63,940 bases of DNA, filler included, from Folioceros fuciformis (GCA_049999805.1; 11 parts of 11 records of this genome joined end to end with filler, not necessarily neighbours in it), one strand, 5' to 3'. Numbered from the whole stretch's first letter, positions 34,301 to 48,616 are shown. The notes: generated by a model not told the origin, from the sequence alone. Made by a program: numbers and translations.

Positions 34301-36520
34301 GACACGTCCCCATGGCATTTCTAACTTGGTATCAGAGCAATGATCTGCCATGGACTTGCTTGCTATCTCTTCTTTGCTTCTGTTGATAAAGAGCAAACTA
34401 GATAGCATATCATATTAGATTTGTAGTGTTTTTGAAGAGTATGATGGGCTCCAATGGTCCTAGACTACATTCTTAGAAACCATTAGAAAATATGGAAGAA
34501 AATTCACTTCACAAGATCATTGAGGGTTTAAGAATTCAAGATATGAGTCTTAGGTGGTTGTGAATATTCTACATTTAGAAAGAAGAGTTTGTGGAGAGCA
34601 CGATGGGCTGCAAGAGCTCTAGATGTGTGTCTCAGTTTTTAAAAGAACAAAAAAAAAACACAAACAAACAAAGAATAAAATAGTAAATCATGAGAATCCT
34701 CTGTCCAGCTCCCCATCCGGATAATGGTCCATGGGTAGTACGCTCAACCATGGGGTTTCAATGGAGATTAGTGCATTGGCCCTTGCATCCTTTACTTTAT
34801 AGATAAAGTGCATTGTTTTATGATATACCTTTTCATGGAGAAGAAGAAGAAGGAGGAGGATCTTTGGGCACAGCGATCGAAGGCGCCGATGCCCCGTTCA
34901 CAGCGATTTTAGGCCAGGGTTGGTCGCGCCTGCAGGGCGCCCTTCCTCTGCTAAGATCTAGGCGCCTCAACTCACGAGAAATTGCTAATTGGAGCCTAAT
35001 TGGGGAAGATGGGGAGGGGGATTGGAGCTCAGTTGATCTTAGAATCTCTAAACTGGCTCAATTTCCCCCAATCTGCAGGCGTGTAGGGGGAGAAGGTATT
35101 CCCACAAAGGATCTGCCCCCTATTACTCAACTTCTGCCAAATGATGCTAGAATCAAGCAAAATCCGTCGAGAATTGAGGCAGATCTAAGGGGGTGTGGAA
35201 GATTGCAGGATGAGACGCAATTCTTGACTGATCCTAACCTGAAATCCACCAAATTCAGACATAGGGCTCAGCAAGACGAGGCGCCCTAGCTCACTGATCT
35301 AGTGCTCGCAGCCGATCGCACCTGTTGCAAGTGCTGGAGGTGGAGTGCCGTGATGCAGCAGCGCCCCATGGGCAGGCAGAGCCCAACGCTCTCGCGAAGC
35401 GGTGCCCAGGCCGAAACGACAACTTAAGTTGTCGTTTCGCAGGCGAAACGCTGCCCTGCTCGCGAAACGGCAATTTAAGTTGCAGTTTCGGCGTTGAACC
35501 AGCTTGGGCCGCTCCAATTGGTGTCAACGCGGCTTTTTTGGACACCGGTTCTGAAATGACGCCATTTCTTGTGAGTAGGTCTAAGTCTACAAGACCAAGA
35601 TTGGGTTGAGGAGCAACATCGGTTTTGCGAGCAGGTCCAAGCTTGCAAGATCAAAGTCCTGGTACTTGCAAATTGTTTTTGCTACCCTTTAAAGACGTAT
35701 TTTTCTCTAACGAGTGATCTAGTCAAAGTATCATAATATTTCGACTTCTCGCTCTTCCGTGAAAGTCCTTAAGGATGGCTGCTCAACCACCACCAACACC
35801 AACAATCTTCAACATGATGAACGTCAATGTTGACTTCAAGGAGAAGGATCGCTTCAAGGGCACAAAATTTGAAGTATGGTCTCGTCGAATGAAGACTGCT
35901 TTGAATACTCAGGAACTGCTCCCAATTGTCGAAGGTACCTTCCCCAATCCGTCTGGTCCCCAGTCCGCTATTGACAATCGGTGATGAATATGATTATTTG
36001 GCTTGCTCAGAAAAGTGGTCATTGGAATGGTGGATTGTAGATACTATACGATTTAGGTCGCTCATTTGGTGGGGCTATCTGTTTTCCGTCACTAGGAGTT
36101 GTAATTTGTTGCAGAAAGCTTACTCTTTTCTGGTCACAAGAGTGGTGTTCTCCACAAGTTGCTGTACACTATAGGCTCAACGCGAGGCAGTTCGATCGAC
36201 TCTAGGTGATAGCCGAATTGAGCAAGGCTGGAAACTTAACTGCAACAAGAGTGATCTCCTTATGTTTAATGGAGCTCTTAGATAACAGCAACCCGCAATG
36301 TGTCTGAGAGGGAGAGTTAGAAGAAAAAGCAGACCACATTGGTTAGTTTAACTAGGCCTTAGCTCTAAATGTAGTTAGTTAACTAGCAAGCTAGCAAAAG
36401 GACAAAACCCTTCGTAACCCTTTAAAAGCCCACCTATGAACCTAAACCTTAGTTGATTGTTTATCATTCTTAGTAAAGCATCTCCTTGATGCAAGATGCT
36501 TCCGCATGGCATTTCTAACT
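34301..36520 (+). mobile_element. Non-autonomous copia-derived LTR element with AG...CT LTR termini
   Basis: A 26-nt LTR stub (34301-34326) matches 36495-36520 at 22/26. PBS TGGTATCAGAGC at 34327; gag N-terminus only (35775-35984); PPT gagagggag at 36306-36314; LTR 36315-36520. Confidence 0.75.
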
Positions 36521-36759
36521 GTTCTTGCCCGGACCTCTTACCAAACCTACTCGTTCGGTACCAAACCACTTTTGCCCCCTTGACAGATCCATAAGACTCC
36601 TATCCCTCGGACAGATTCTTCTCCTTACCATGTGTGAACACCCCACTTACATATATAGCCGCTGAAAAAATAAAAATAGAAAATAAAACCAAAACCAACT
36701 AGGAAGGAACCAACCTTCCCTATACTAGCCACATTTTTACAAGTTGTACCAAAATTGGA

Positions 36760-39364
36760 ACACTGGCCCGAAATTCTATGTTCCACATACCAGAGTACCT
36801 CAACCATGATTTTCAGTCCTTCTGTTAGGAGAAAGGAATCATCCACCAACTTACTGTGCCATACCACCCTGCACAAAACTCTTTCGCAAAACGTTACAAC
36901 TGCACGTTACAGGAAAGATGCAGGGCTACACTCTCATTGGCAAGCCTGACTAGAGGACACTGGGCCGAACCTATTGCAGTTGTAAACTATGTTCATAACA
37001 AACTGCCAACAAAGCCCTTATTTGATCACACACCTTTTGAGAGATGGCATACTTCTAAACCTCAAATCAGCCATCTTTGTATTTTCGGTTTTGCAGCATA
37101 TGCTTTATGTACCTGCTGACAAGAGAGGAAAGATGGATAATTAGGCAACCAAGCACATTATTGTCGGCTATTCTGACACTTCCAAAGGTTATAGGCTCTA
37201 CAACCCTTACACTAAGCAACGTACCTTGGCCCGTGGTGTTAGGTTCAATGAGAGTTTTATTCTGAATGCACATCTCTAGTCCTCCACTAGCCATGACCCT
37301 CTTCCACAACCTTCCTTGTATTGCAACCTTCCATTAGATCAGTCCATTGATAATACAAATGTTTTCGATACTGATATGGTTGAATTCTTACCTGATCTTA
37401 CAACCCAAACCACACCAGTAGCAGCTGTCCCCATTCCAGCACCTATCAATGATAAGTTGTTAGATGCGCCTAAACAGCATAATTTAGTGGATGAATTAGA
37501 CCAACCTCACAATATTTTAGTGGACGATTTAGACCAACCTGCAGACTTACCAGATCCACCTGCTGACGTACCATTAGAGGCTCCAGCTGTGACACCTTTG
37601 AGAAGATCAGCCATGTCACATCGCCCTCATGAAGAGTGGCTTAATCCACCTTATTCACCTGGTAATACTTTTACCTATCAATTACAGCCAGATCATGTAG
37701 CACAACCTCGTGCGAGTTTCTCAGCTTTTGCTTATGCAACAACATCTTCTGTCCTAGATCCCCCTGACACACCACTCACCTATCAAGAGGCATTGTCTGG
37801 TCCTCAAAAGGCAAAATGGCAGAAAGCTATTGATTCAGAATATAACAGTCTTATATCAAACAAGACATGGGAGATGGTAACCTTACCACTAGATCAAAAA
37901 CTCATCACATCCAAATGGGTTTTCAAATTGAAGCTCCATCCAAAACGGTCAGTAGCCCGCTATAAGGCCAGGTTGGTGGCGAGGGGCTACACTCAGGTCC
38001 ATGGTCTGGATTACATAGAGACCTTTAGCCTAGTTGTAAAGCCAACATCTGTGCGTATGTTACTCTGCTATGCTGTCAAACATAAGTTAATTGTCCATCA
38101 AATGGACGTGAAGACCGCATTTTTCAATGGAGATCTTACTGAGGTGATTTTTATGAACCAGCTTGAGGGCTATATTGTTGATCACACCAAGGTATGTAGA
38201 CTCATGAAATCCCTGTATGGATTAAAACAGTCAGCACGCCTATGGAATTCACGTGCTGATAAGAAACTACGCAAGCTGGGTTTTGTACCTCTAGCTGCTG
38301 ATTGCAGCGTCTATGTCCTCAAGAAGACCAATCAGATATGCATCATTGCTTTGTATGTTGATGATAATTTCATCTTCGCAAGTGACGACCAGATCCTGAC
38401 CTACATCAAGCGAGAACTCTCCCAGGAGTGGGACATGACTGATGTTGGACCTTTAAAGTTTGCACTTGGAATTCAGTTTGCTTTTGATATGGGCTGGACT
38501 TGTGTATGTATTCATCTATCACATTTTATACGTCAGCTTCTCACTAAATTGAATCTGTTGGATGTAAACCCAGTCTCTACTCTAGTTTCCACTAGTGACA
38601 AGCTATCTATTGAGGACAGCCCAAATACTGATAATGAATGAGCTATACCTTACAGAGAGGCAGTTGGGAGCCTTTTATATTTAGTTGGCTGGACTCGTCC
38701 AGATATTTCCCAAGCTGTCGGTATAGTCTCACGCTTCCTCAACAACCCTAGACAAAAGCATTGGGTCGCTGTGAAATGTATCCTTCGTTATTTCAAAAGG
38801 GACCCAACACATATATCTGCAGTATTCACAACATGGAAGCAGTATTCTTATCTCGTTTTCTGATGCTGACTGGGCAGGGGACATTGATTCTCGAAGTCCA
38901 TAGCAGCTTATTGTGTCATGCTGCAAGGTTCAGCAATCAGTTGGCAATCAAAAAGGTAATCCACTGTCAGTCTCTCCTCAACCGAGGCAGAGTATGGTGC
39001 CCTTTCACTTGCTGCCCGTGAGATCACTTGGGTCAGACAATTTCTTGATGGTATTCACTGGGAGCAACCTGGAGCAACCCTGTTGCAGTGCAACAACCAG
39101 TCAGCTATCGTGCTAACAGCCAACCCCATCTTGCACACGCGATCAAAGCATATTGAAATTCAATTTCATTTTATCCGTCAAGCAGTGGAAATGGGAATCA
39201 CACAGCTCCAATATGTTCACACCTCAACCAACATTGCTGACATTCTTACTAAGAGACTCCCTAAGATGTCACATGATCAGCATAGATGCTCCCTTTGGCT
39301 TAATGATTCCACCAACACTTATCTTAAAGCAGCGAGTCGGGCTCCTCCTCTGGATTCAGCTTGA
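36760..39364 (+). mobile_element. Degenerate copia INT-RT-RNase H
   Basis: PYHPAQN..A.R.N; ORF 37316-38641 with YKARLVARGY, QMDVKTAF, YGLKQS and YVDD; HTRSKHIE. Confidence 0.92.
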
Positions 39365-40323
39365 TTTTAAGCCCTACGATGCAGCATTGGGCCATCCCCT
39401 CCATTTTCAGTTCCTATGTGTGATGCACAGGATCATTCCAGGAGCCCTAGCTGCAAATCACTACACCCTTGTTAATCCTAGATGAATCAACACTCTCAGC
39501 TAAGCAGGTTAGCAAGACTGGTGATCACTTACCTTCAATAGCAGAGGTAAGCAGCTTGGAAGTTCGCGAGTTACCTCCTCTCTCGCCATTCTTAAGCCGG
39601 CGACAATAGCAGGCGTCTTCGTGCATTTCCTTCCTTACACAAAGGAAAAGAGAACAAAAAGATTGTCCATGCCTTCCAAGATGTTAGGCTGCTCACATGT
39701 GCCATAGCTCACTCCGTGTCATAAAGTTGCAAAAAGGGGGCTGCCCTCGTCGGGCTGCCCAGAGTTGGTAAGTCACTAGCAGGATGCCACCATCTCCCTT
39801 ACACCCACAATCTGCACCAAATAGCTCTTTCTTTCATAGACGGCTAGTGAACAACCAAAAAAAGGGTTTAGGTCTTCCGGTGGTTCCTCTAATGAGCAAC
39901 TTCGACAACTGCCTTTCTCCTCACCGTGTTTGATCTCTTTGTTTGGTGCCCTTCCAAGCCGTTTCCCATGGGCTGTATGAGCCCACGCGCTTCTAGTGGG
40001 CAAGTAGCCCTGGCTAGTATTTCAGCCATTTACGTAAATTAGGTTGAGACAGTTCTTTTACCTATTACTTATCTTATTTCCTATTATTAAATCAGCTAAT
40101 TTAGGTAGAGTTAGTTTAATCACCTGTTATCTAATCAGCTAAATTCCACTAAACTATCACGTTCACCATGACGGTCTACTATAAGTCCATTTTTGCCACA
40201 ATTTCACGACAGCTGTCGTGCTCNNNNNNNNNNNNNNNNNNNNNNNNNNNNNNNNNNNNNNNNNNNNTTAATTAATTAANNNNNNNNNNNNNNNNNNNNN
40301 NNNNNNNNNNNNNNNNNNNNNNN

Positions 40324-42763
40324 GCCACACACCTTAATACAATATGCAGATATGGACCTACGTGAGTCCTTATCACCAGCCCAATCAGAGTCCGTCTTGC
40401 ACTCCATCCAGGTCCTTCCATCAGCCCCTTTCTTGCTATACAAAAGTCCTAGGTCAGATGTGCCTTTCAAGTACCTAAGGACACGCTTAGCGGCTATCCA
40501 ATGCTGCTGTCCAGGGTTAGCTAAGAATTGTGAGGCAATTGATGTTGCATGGGCAATATCTAGTCTGGTCCAGCCACTCAGCCATAGCAGACACCCTACA
40601 AGAACTCTGTATGGTATATTCTCCATCTCCTTCTGCTCAGCAATTGTCTTGGGACATTGATCTTGTGTCAAGGTAGCCCCCACTGCAGCTGGAGTTGCTG
40701 CTGGCTTCGCATTTTGCATGTTGAACTTCTCAAGTAATCTGTTCACATAATGCTGCTAGTGGAGAAATATGCTTCCCGTCACTGGGTTCATGAATGCTTG
40801 GACACCTAGGAAGAATTTGCAAGGGCCCAAATTTGTCATTTTGAATTCCGATGACAGGATGCCTTTTACCTCTTTTATCATGCCATCATCGGATCCAAAA
40901 ATGATTGTGTCATCAACGTACACCGCTAGGTAGGCAGTCTGCCCTTGCTTCTTGTATACATAGACACTGCCATCAGCATCTGATTGCTTAAACCCTCTCC
41001 TTACAAGGTATGTGTGCAACCTCAAGTTCCACCCACGATTTGATTGTTTGAGGCCATACTGGGTTTTCTTCAGCCTACAAACCTTGCTTGGGTGCTTGGC
41101 ATCAATATAGCCTTCAGGCTGCATCATGTATACCTCTTCTTCAAGGAGGCCATTAAGGAAAGCTGTTTGTACATCCATCTGGTGGATGTGGTAACCTTCG
41201 TGAGCAGCAACAGCCATGAGTGTCCTTAATGATGACGCACGTACAACAGGAGAGAAAGTCTCATTGTAGTCTATCCCTTCTCTTTGTGAGAATCCACACA
41301 CCACTAGTCTAGCTTTGAACCTAGTTGTGCTGCCATCAGGGTTGAGTTTCCTCTTGAACACCCATTTGTTTGAAATCGGCCTCCTTCCTTGGGGTAAATC
41401 AACTAATTCCCAAGTCTCGTTCTCAATGAGGGAATCAAATTCTGATTTGATCGCTGCTTGCCATTGCTCCTTCTCCGGTGAGTTTATGGCTTCTTTGTAG
41501 GATGTTGGTTCACCTAGGTCTTGGGCTGCTATGAGTATTTGAGCCAACATGGCATTCATATTTGCATTCGGCCGTATGTGCCCTTCCATGGCAAGCGGCA
41601 CTTGACTCCATTCCAGGGGAGAGCTTGTATGGTGTCTCGCTGACCTCCTAGGCATAGCAGGCTGACCAGGTTCAAACTGTGTTGGCACATTGGTTTCAGC
41701 TTCACCCTCACTTGCATGGGCCGCAAATGTGTCACCAGGATCAATGTCAACTTGTGGTAGTGGGTTGAGGCCTGGAGCTGAGGTAAGGCTTGGGGCTTGT
41801 GGTGGAGTTACTTGTGGCTGACTTGTACGTGGGATGGTTTGCTCAAGTTCAGAATCACTATCGCTTTGGAGTTCAGTAGCTAGAGGGTCAGACATTACAT
41901 CCTGTGGGCCCCCCTCTCTAGCACAAGCTGCAACCAACAAACTGTTCTCATAAAAAATGCCAACACGGGTATGAGTAACATGGCCAGAACTAGGGTCATA
42001 AACCTTATACCCTTTGATACCCTCAGTGTATCCAATGAAGGTCATAGTACGGGCTTGATAATCCAGCTTCCTCCGTTGGGTCTTGGGGATGTGCATGTAC
42101 ACACGGCTGCCAAAAATTTTCAGATGTGAAATGGATGGCTTACGACCAGTCCACCGCTCATATGGGGTAGCACCTATGAAGGAAGAAGTGGGCAAACGGT
42201 TTTGCAGATATGTGGCAGTTTGTACTGCATCAGCCCAAAATGGCTTGGATAAACCGGACTGATAAAGCATAGCCTTGGCTGCTTCTTGGAGGTATCTGTT
42301 CTTTGCCTCTGCCAATGGATTTTGGCTGGATGTGTGTGGGGAGGTCAGCTGGCGGGCAATGCCAAGAGAACGACAATATGACTAGAAATCACCACTAATA
42401 AATTCGCCCCCATTATCAGTCCTGAGCACTTTGAGAATTTTCCCAGTTTGTCGTTGAGAGAAGTCAACATACTGTTGAAACTTCTGTAAGGCCTCATTCT
42501 TCTGCCGCAAGAAGTATGTAACAGTGTATCTACTGTAATCATCAATGACAGCCATGAAGTAAAGGGAACCACCAAGTGATGGTGTTGACATCGGTCCACA
42601 GAGATCCGTATGGACCATTTCCAATAAGTCAGATGCACGGTCATGTTCACTCTTCTTAGGCTTCTTCTTGACCATCTTACTGTGGATGCAAGCGCCACAT
42701 AATACATGTGTGTCAGTAACCTTCCAGTCAAGTTTCTCACGGTACAACTCCTGCTCTGTCATC
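40324..42763 (-). mobile_element. Copia INT-RT region, whole contig
   Basis: VHTDLCGP, IDDYSR, RTDNGGEF, FKARLV, QMDVQTAFLNG, YVDD and DSDWAGD, with a few disruptions. Confidence 0.93.
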
Positions 42764-43149
42764 NNNNNNNNNNNNNNNNNNNNNNNNNNNNNNNNNNNNN
42801 NNNNNNNTTAATTAATTAANNNNNNNNNNNNNNNNNNNNNNNNNNNNNNNNNNNNNNNNNNNNGAAGTGAAGAGTGAGCTGCTGAAGTGCAGGAGTGTGT
42901 GTTGAAGTGGAGGGTGGAGGACTGAAGTGAAGAGGAAGGGACTGAAGTGGGAAGTTTGCAGAGCTGAGGTGAAGGAGAAAGTGGCTGAAGTGGAAATCAA
43001 GAAGAGCTGAAGGACTGAAGAACTGGAGTGTGAGTTGGGCGAGCTGACTTCGGGGGTAGGCTAGGCTTCTAGCCTTTTTGTTGTGAGTGTATGGACAGAC
43101 CTATAGACCGGCTGATAGGTAGAAGTGTGATAGGTAGTGTTCCTTGGCA

Positions 43150-43675
43150 CTAGTTCACTCCCTTGGGAGCGAATCATAGGACTGCAACGACAATAGGGGA
43201 ATGTGTGGCCCCTTGGGTGGTTCTTGGGTGCAAGAAATCATTCCACAGTAGGCCTCTTCTATTAGGGTAGAAGAGAATAGCCATTGATTCTTCCAGGAAG
43301 CCGTTGATATAATGTTTGTCTTCAAGTAGTGTGGCATATTGTGGGCGCGGGATGCAGTGGCCATCAGGATGATGAGCACTGGATCTTGTGCCCAGTTATA
43401 TATTTCACTAGATGCTTCCAGACATTAGAAATAGAGCTCTGATACCATAAACGAAATCAGCGAGACCAGATGTGCATCGCTGAGTGCGACGGGAAGAGCA
43501 AGAAGAAAACATCGATTAAGGAATAACGTTTCGTATCAGTGTGTGTGCATATGAGCAAGAGATGCATAACCGTTTCATAACCCTAATAAATATAATAAAT
43601 AATTAACCAATCTACGAACTAGGTTTAAAGCTAGTAAAGGCTGTTTAATGAACCGAAAATAATTATTTCTTAATA
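43150..43675 (-). mobile_element. 5' end of a copia-like element: LTR, tRNAi-Met PBS and gag remnant
   Basis: gctctgatacca at 43436-43447 (minus-strand PBS), with an AT-rich LTR-like segment to its right. The LTR ends are uncertain. Confidence 0.55.
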
Positions 43676-43676
43676 C

Positions 43677-45404
43677 CTTGCCTGGCTACCTGGCCATGCT
43701 CCAGCCAGCGCTCCAGCAGCCTGTTTGGCTGTCTGCCTTCCAGATCCGACTAGCCAGCCAGCCTGCCCGGCTTGGCTGCCTGGCCATGCTCCAGCTACTG
43801 CTCCAGCAGCTTGTCTGGCTATCTGCCTTCTAGATCCGGCTAGCCAGCTAGCCTGCCCGGCCTGGCTGTCTGGCGCAGCTAACGCTGCTGGGCTGCCTAG
43901 AACGCTAGGCTGTTGGCTAGGCTCCTTAGAAGCCCGCTAGACCACCAGCTGGCCACCGGTCTGCCATAGACTACCTCGGATACCTGCCACAGGCCACCAG
44001 GATTCGGCGCCGCCCCTGGCTTGCCTGCGCTGCCGGCCTGCCTAGTAACCTCCGAATCCAGCCCCAGTCCCGACCAACATGGATCTAACCCGGCTGCCAG
44101 CCAGGCCGCTACCTGGCTTCGGGATTCGTCCATCCTGCCAAGTTTGCCTGCTAGCCAGCATGTCTCCCACCGACTGCTGCCGCCGGCTGCCCACCTGCAG
44201 CCGCGTCGCTGCTGGCCCGGCCGTCCTCCAAGGCCTTGCCAGGCCGCCACCATCCGCAACCAATCAGCCAACCCAGCTAGCCTCCTAGCCTCCTGGTGGC
44301 CACCTCGGTGCCTGCTAGACCCCGCCGGGTCCTCAGCCGGGCCCCGGCCTGCTACACAGCGCCGCCGCTTGCCTGACCTGCCGCCCACTCGCCATGACCC
44401 AGGCCAGCAGCCCTGATCGCGGCCACTGGAGCTGACCTTGCCTTCAGACATCCGACGGGGTCCACACCGCCCCCTCTTTTAGCTTTAGCCAGCCGTACAG
44501 CATGGCTAGCCGAACAGCATGGCTAGCCGAACAGCTGGCCCATCGCTAGTCCGACTACCCTCATGGCTGCCTGCCAGCATCCTGGCCGGTCCCCATGTTG
44601 CCGACAGGCAGCCGGCTGACCATAGTCTAGCTAGCCGGCCAGACTGCTCAAGCCCTCGCTTCCCGCCTCCGCCTCCAGCCTTAAGCCTTGACCAGCCAAC
44701 TAGCCTAGCTGGCCGAACAGCCAGCCATTGCTGGCTCCAAGCCTTGGCCAGGTAGCCAGCCTGCTAGTCGCCTGCTGCTTGGCCGCGGCCTAGCCAGCCT
44801 TCCCACGAGACACAGCCTGCCTAGCCTGACAGCTTGCCTAGCTACCCGCCGCCGGCCTCCCTCCTATTCCTTGCCTCAAGCCACCTTGTAATCACCCAGG
44901 CTGTTGGATCCAGCCGAGGCTTGCAACCGCTGATCAGCCGACCTATCGGAATCCACCATAGCAGCAGGTCGACCCACCTGCCAACCAGGATCCGGCCAAG
45001 CCTGGTCTTGATCCTGGCCTGTCCAGTTGCCTGCTCTCAGGATCCTCAACCCTCAGCGCACCTGGGCAAGGCCATGGCAAGTCTAAGCACCCCACCCCCA
45101 TGTCTATGCCCAACCCCTTGCGCACGCTCCCGGGGCCATAACTTGCCCTCACATGCCCGACTTAGGGCTCCACACACGCCGGCGTCCCTCTCCACGAGCA
45201 CACCCTACCCCCTACTTCACATTTTCCATGGCCACGGGTTAGCTAGACGATTGTTGTCTTTCTAAACTACACCACCACTATCTCCTGATCATCCTATTTA
45301 ATCTAGCCTTATCTAACATAGTTTCCTAATTACCTCTCCAAGGAATTCTATCAAAACTCCAAAAAAAAACAAATACCACCCATTTTCTAAGAGGCCTATC
45401 TACC
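43677..45404. mobile_element. GC-rich non-coding element ending in the terminus ...GAGGCCTATCTACC (putative long-TIR DNA transposon)
   Basis: About 45040-45404 is the reverse complement of about 48617-48970. The interior is rich in gctagc/gccagc motifs. It truncates the gypsy integrase at 45404. Confidence 0.55.
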
Positions 45405-48400
45405 ATGTGGTCTCCGCAGCTTCCCCACCCTTTGGCACGCATCACACCTCTTGATGAACTCCCCAACATCAGCATGCATTGTTGGCCACCAATACCGTGC
45501 TGCCAGAATTTTTCTGTAGGTTACATGGGCTGCATAATGACCTCCAGCCTCTCCCTCATGCAAGGAGCTGATAACCTGCTCCACTTGGTCATGGTTGACC
45601 CACAAACGCTCCACTCCATTAGCTCCTGTGCGATACAGCTCGCCCTTATGCTTAACTACCAGCCTCATGAAATAAAGGAACAGCCGTTGCTGCTGCCGTG
45701 AGAGATGAGGTGGAAATTCCCCCGTGCCTAAAAAATCAGATACCTCTTGGTAAGACGGTTTGCGGACCCCTCTTCTCCCCTTCTCATTCGGCGCCACACC
45801 TCCATCTCTTAGCAGCTTAGCATTTGGTTTGGCCCTTTCCTTCCCAACTAGCTCTGCTGAAAACGCCTCATCCGGAAAGTCATCTTCCTGGTCCTGAACT
45901 ACTTTCCCTGTCTTCAGCCTTGACAGGAAATCAGCATTCACATGTCTGCGCCCTTCTCTTGTTTCCACGGTGAATGTGAACTCCTGTAGGAGCAAAATCC
46001 AGCGGGCTATCCGGCCCGATATATCTGCCTTGTTGACCAAGTGCTTGAGAGCAAAATGATCACCATGGAAGACAACCTCATAGGAGAGGAGGTAGTGGCG
46101 GAATTTACGACAGGAGTAGACCATGCCAAGTGCCTCCCTCTCGGTTGTGGTGTACTTGCGCTCAGTCTCTGTGAGTTGGCGTCCAGCATAATAGATTGGG
46201 TAGTCCCTCCCCTTCTCATCCCGCTAGCTTAGGACTGTCCCAATGGCAAATGCTGACACATCCACGTACACATGGAATTTCCTGTCCCAATCAGGCCCCT
46301 TGAGGATTGGTGCTGTCACCAGAGTGGTCCTCAAGTCCTAAAACACAACCTCTCTCTCCGCTGTCCATTCCTAAGATTGTTCCTTCCTCAATAGGCCTGT
46401 TAAAGGAGCAGCGCGTCTAGCAAAATTGGGCACAAAACGGCGATAGTAACCCACCATTCCAAGGAAACCACGCAGCTCTTTAAGTGTGGTTGGGGCCCTC
46501 AAAGCAGCAATCACCTTCACCTTATCCGGGTCCACTTCAATGCCTCATGCTGAAATTCTGTGACCCAGCAAGATCCCTTCAGCCATGCCAAAATAGCACT
46601 TCTCCGGATGCAAACAAAGTCGCGTCTCACAACACCTAGCCAAGCATAGCCTTAGGTGCTCCAGATGTTGCTCCACTCCTCCAGACACGTAAAAGTCATC
46701 TATGAACACCTCCGAGAAGTTGTGGAGGAAATCTTTGAAGATCTTGTACATGCTGCGCATAAAGGACCCCGGTGCTCCTGTCAGCCCAAATGCACTCCTC
46801 TTGTAGGCAAATGTTCCCAATCAGTTGTGAAGGTTGTCAATGGCCAATCACTTTCCCTTAGGGACAGTTGATTGTAACCGGAGTAGCCATCCAAAAAGGA
46901 GTACATCATGCGGCCAGCCACCAAATCCAGGATGTTGTCAATAAATGGTAAGGGGAAATGATCCTTCTTGGTGGCCTTGTTCAGCCTCCTCTAGTACTGG
47001 CACACCCGAATCTTACCAGGCTGTTTCTTGGGCACCACCACGATTGGGGCCACCCACTCTGAATTCACAATGGGAAAAATCACATCTGCCTTCAAGTATT
47101 GCTCCAGCTGTTCCTTTACCTTCATGGAGTACTTTGGATTCAGCTTGTATTGTGGAATTCGGATGGGGACAACTCATGGTTCCAAGTCAATCTTGTGCTC
47201 CCCCCATTCTTTGGGAATTCCCTTCATGTCCGTCACCTCAACGGCAAAACACATCGATGAACTCAGCCAAGAGTTGCTTCATCCCCTCCTCCAATGTGGC
47301 ATCTAGCTGTTTTGCAAACTTCAGCACTTTGCCTGGCAGTACCTCCACATCCTTGATTTCATCAGCCTGCACCCATTCACGCTCCACCGATGCTGAGCAG
47401 ACTCCAAACCCCTCCTCCGACTCCCAGGGATCTTCCTCCCTCATTCCCCATTCTTTGAATAGGTCCTCGGAGTTGAACCTTGTGACCCCCGGATCATCAC
47501 CATCAGGTCCATCAGCTCTTGGGTCACAGTCCCCTTCCATCAGCTCCCCTTCTTTCACACCCTCCTTGGCACGTGAACCCCCTCATGGACCTTCCCTTCA
47601 ATGACCTCACCAGCTTGCTCATCCATGGTTGCTCCTTTAGCCTCTACATGGCGCAGTCCAAGGTGATTCCAAAACACTCCACCTGGTTCAAGGAATAAGG
47701 AATGTCCCTCCGGTAGTCCTCCTCTTCATCTGACCATGAGATGTGAGAAAAGGGGAACTTGTCCTCCCCTTCCCCCTCCTCCAATTCAGATGTGTCTCCT
47801 ACGGACGTATACCCCTCCGTTTCCGTGGGGGTCTCACCAAGATAGACGTCCCGGCTCCAACTCAAGCAAATCCTGCCCTCCTTTGTCTTGGGGTCCCATT
47901 CCATTGGTTTGAAGGCCACTTCCTTCTTCCCCCATGATAGCCTGCACCTTGAGCCACACAACCAAGTCCAGCCTAGCAAGATGTCATAGCCTGATGCCTT
48001 GTGCTGAATAACCACAAAATCGAGGAGGTAGGGAATGGTCCCTATGGTTGTGGTCACCCCAGCTCCCCCACTTTCTGCATCCTGGACATATCAGCCAGCC
48101 TCAAGACCTTGGTTGTGGGCTCCACCCCCAACCCGAGCTTCTTGGCAGTGTCCTCCGTCATGATATTCACCCTTGAACTTGTGTCCAGCGGAACCCTCTT
48201 AATCACGTAGCCCGCAATCTCCACCTGCAACTCGGCCGGCCCTTGGTCCACCATGGACACCATGTTGACCATAGGGGCTGACACTCTTGGCCTTGATTTA
48301 GGCAGCCTCTTCTTCTTCTTGGGTTGGGCTTCCTGCAAGGCCTTCCGGACTTGCTGCCGGTATTTGGGGGTGTCCTTCAAGAGCTGGCCAAAGGTGACAA

Positions 48401-48616
48401 CGAATTGCTAATCCATGATGGCCCCAGCCAAGTCGAATGGCTTCTGGACAGCCCCGGCTGTGCTTTTAGTCACTGCTGCCACCTCCCTAGGTGGCTCACT
48501 TGCAGCCACAGGTCCTACCACCTTTGCTGCCTTATCCAGCTCCTCCTGGATCATGTCCATGACCTCTCCCCGCACATCAGGTGGAATTCCAGGTTCCCCT
48601 CCTGTGGAGACAACAG
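45405..48616 (-). mobile_element. Degenerate Ty3/gypsy pol fragment (PR-RT-RH-INT zinc finger)
   Basis: PLDTSSRVNIM (protease), FGL.GAP..F, FIDDF, KFRHYL, RIARWILLLQEF and H..EAGGH..C..CQR, in gypsy domain order. Confidence 0.9.

Noticed and set aside
34066-34338. Two divergent tRNA-Met PBS sites around one ~250-bp segment, suggesting a bidirectional LTR
   Set aside because: Explained by nesting: a minus-strand LTR (34080-34300) abuts the last 26 nt of another element's 5' LTR.
43448-43675. Possible TA...TA non-canonical LTR termini
   Set aside because: Only one LTR copy, a weak inverted repeat and an uncertain far boundary.
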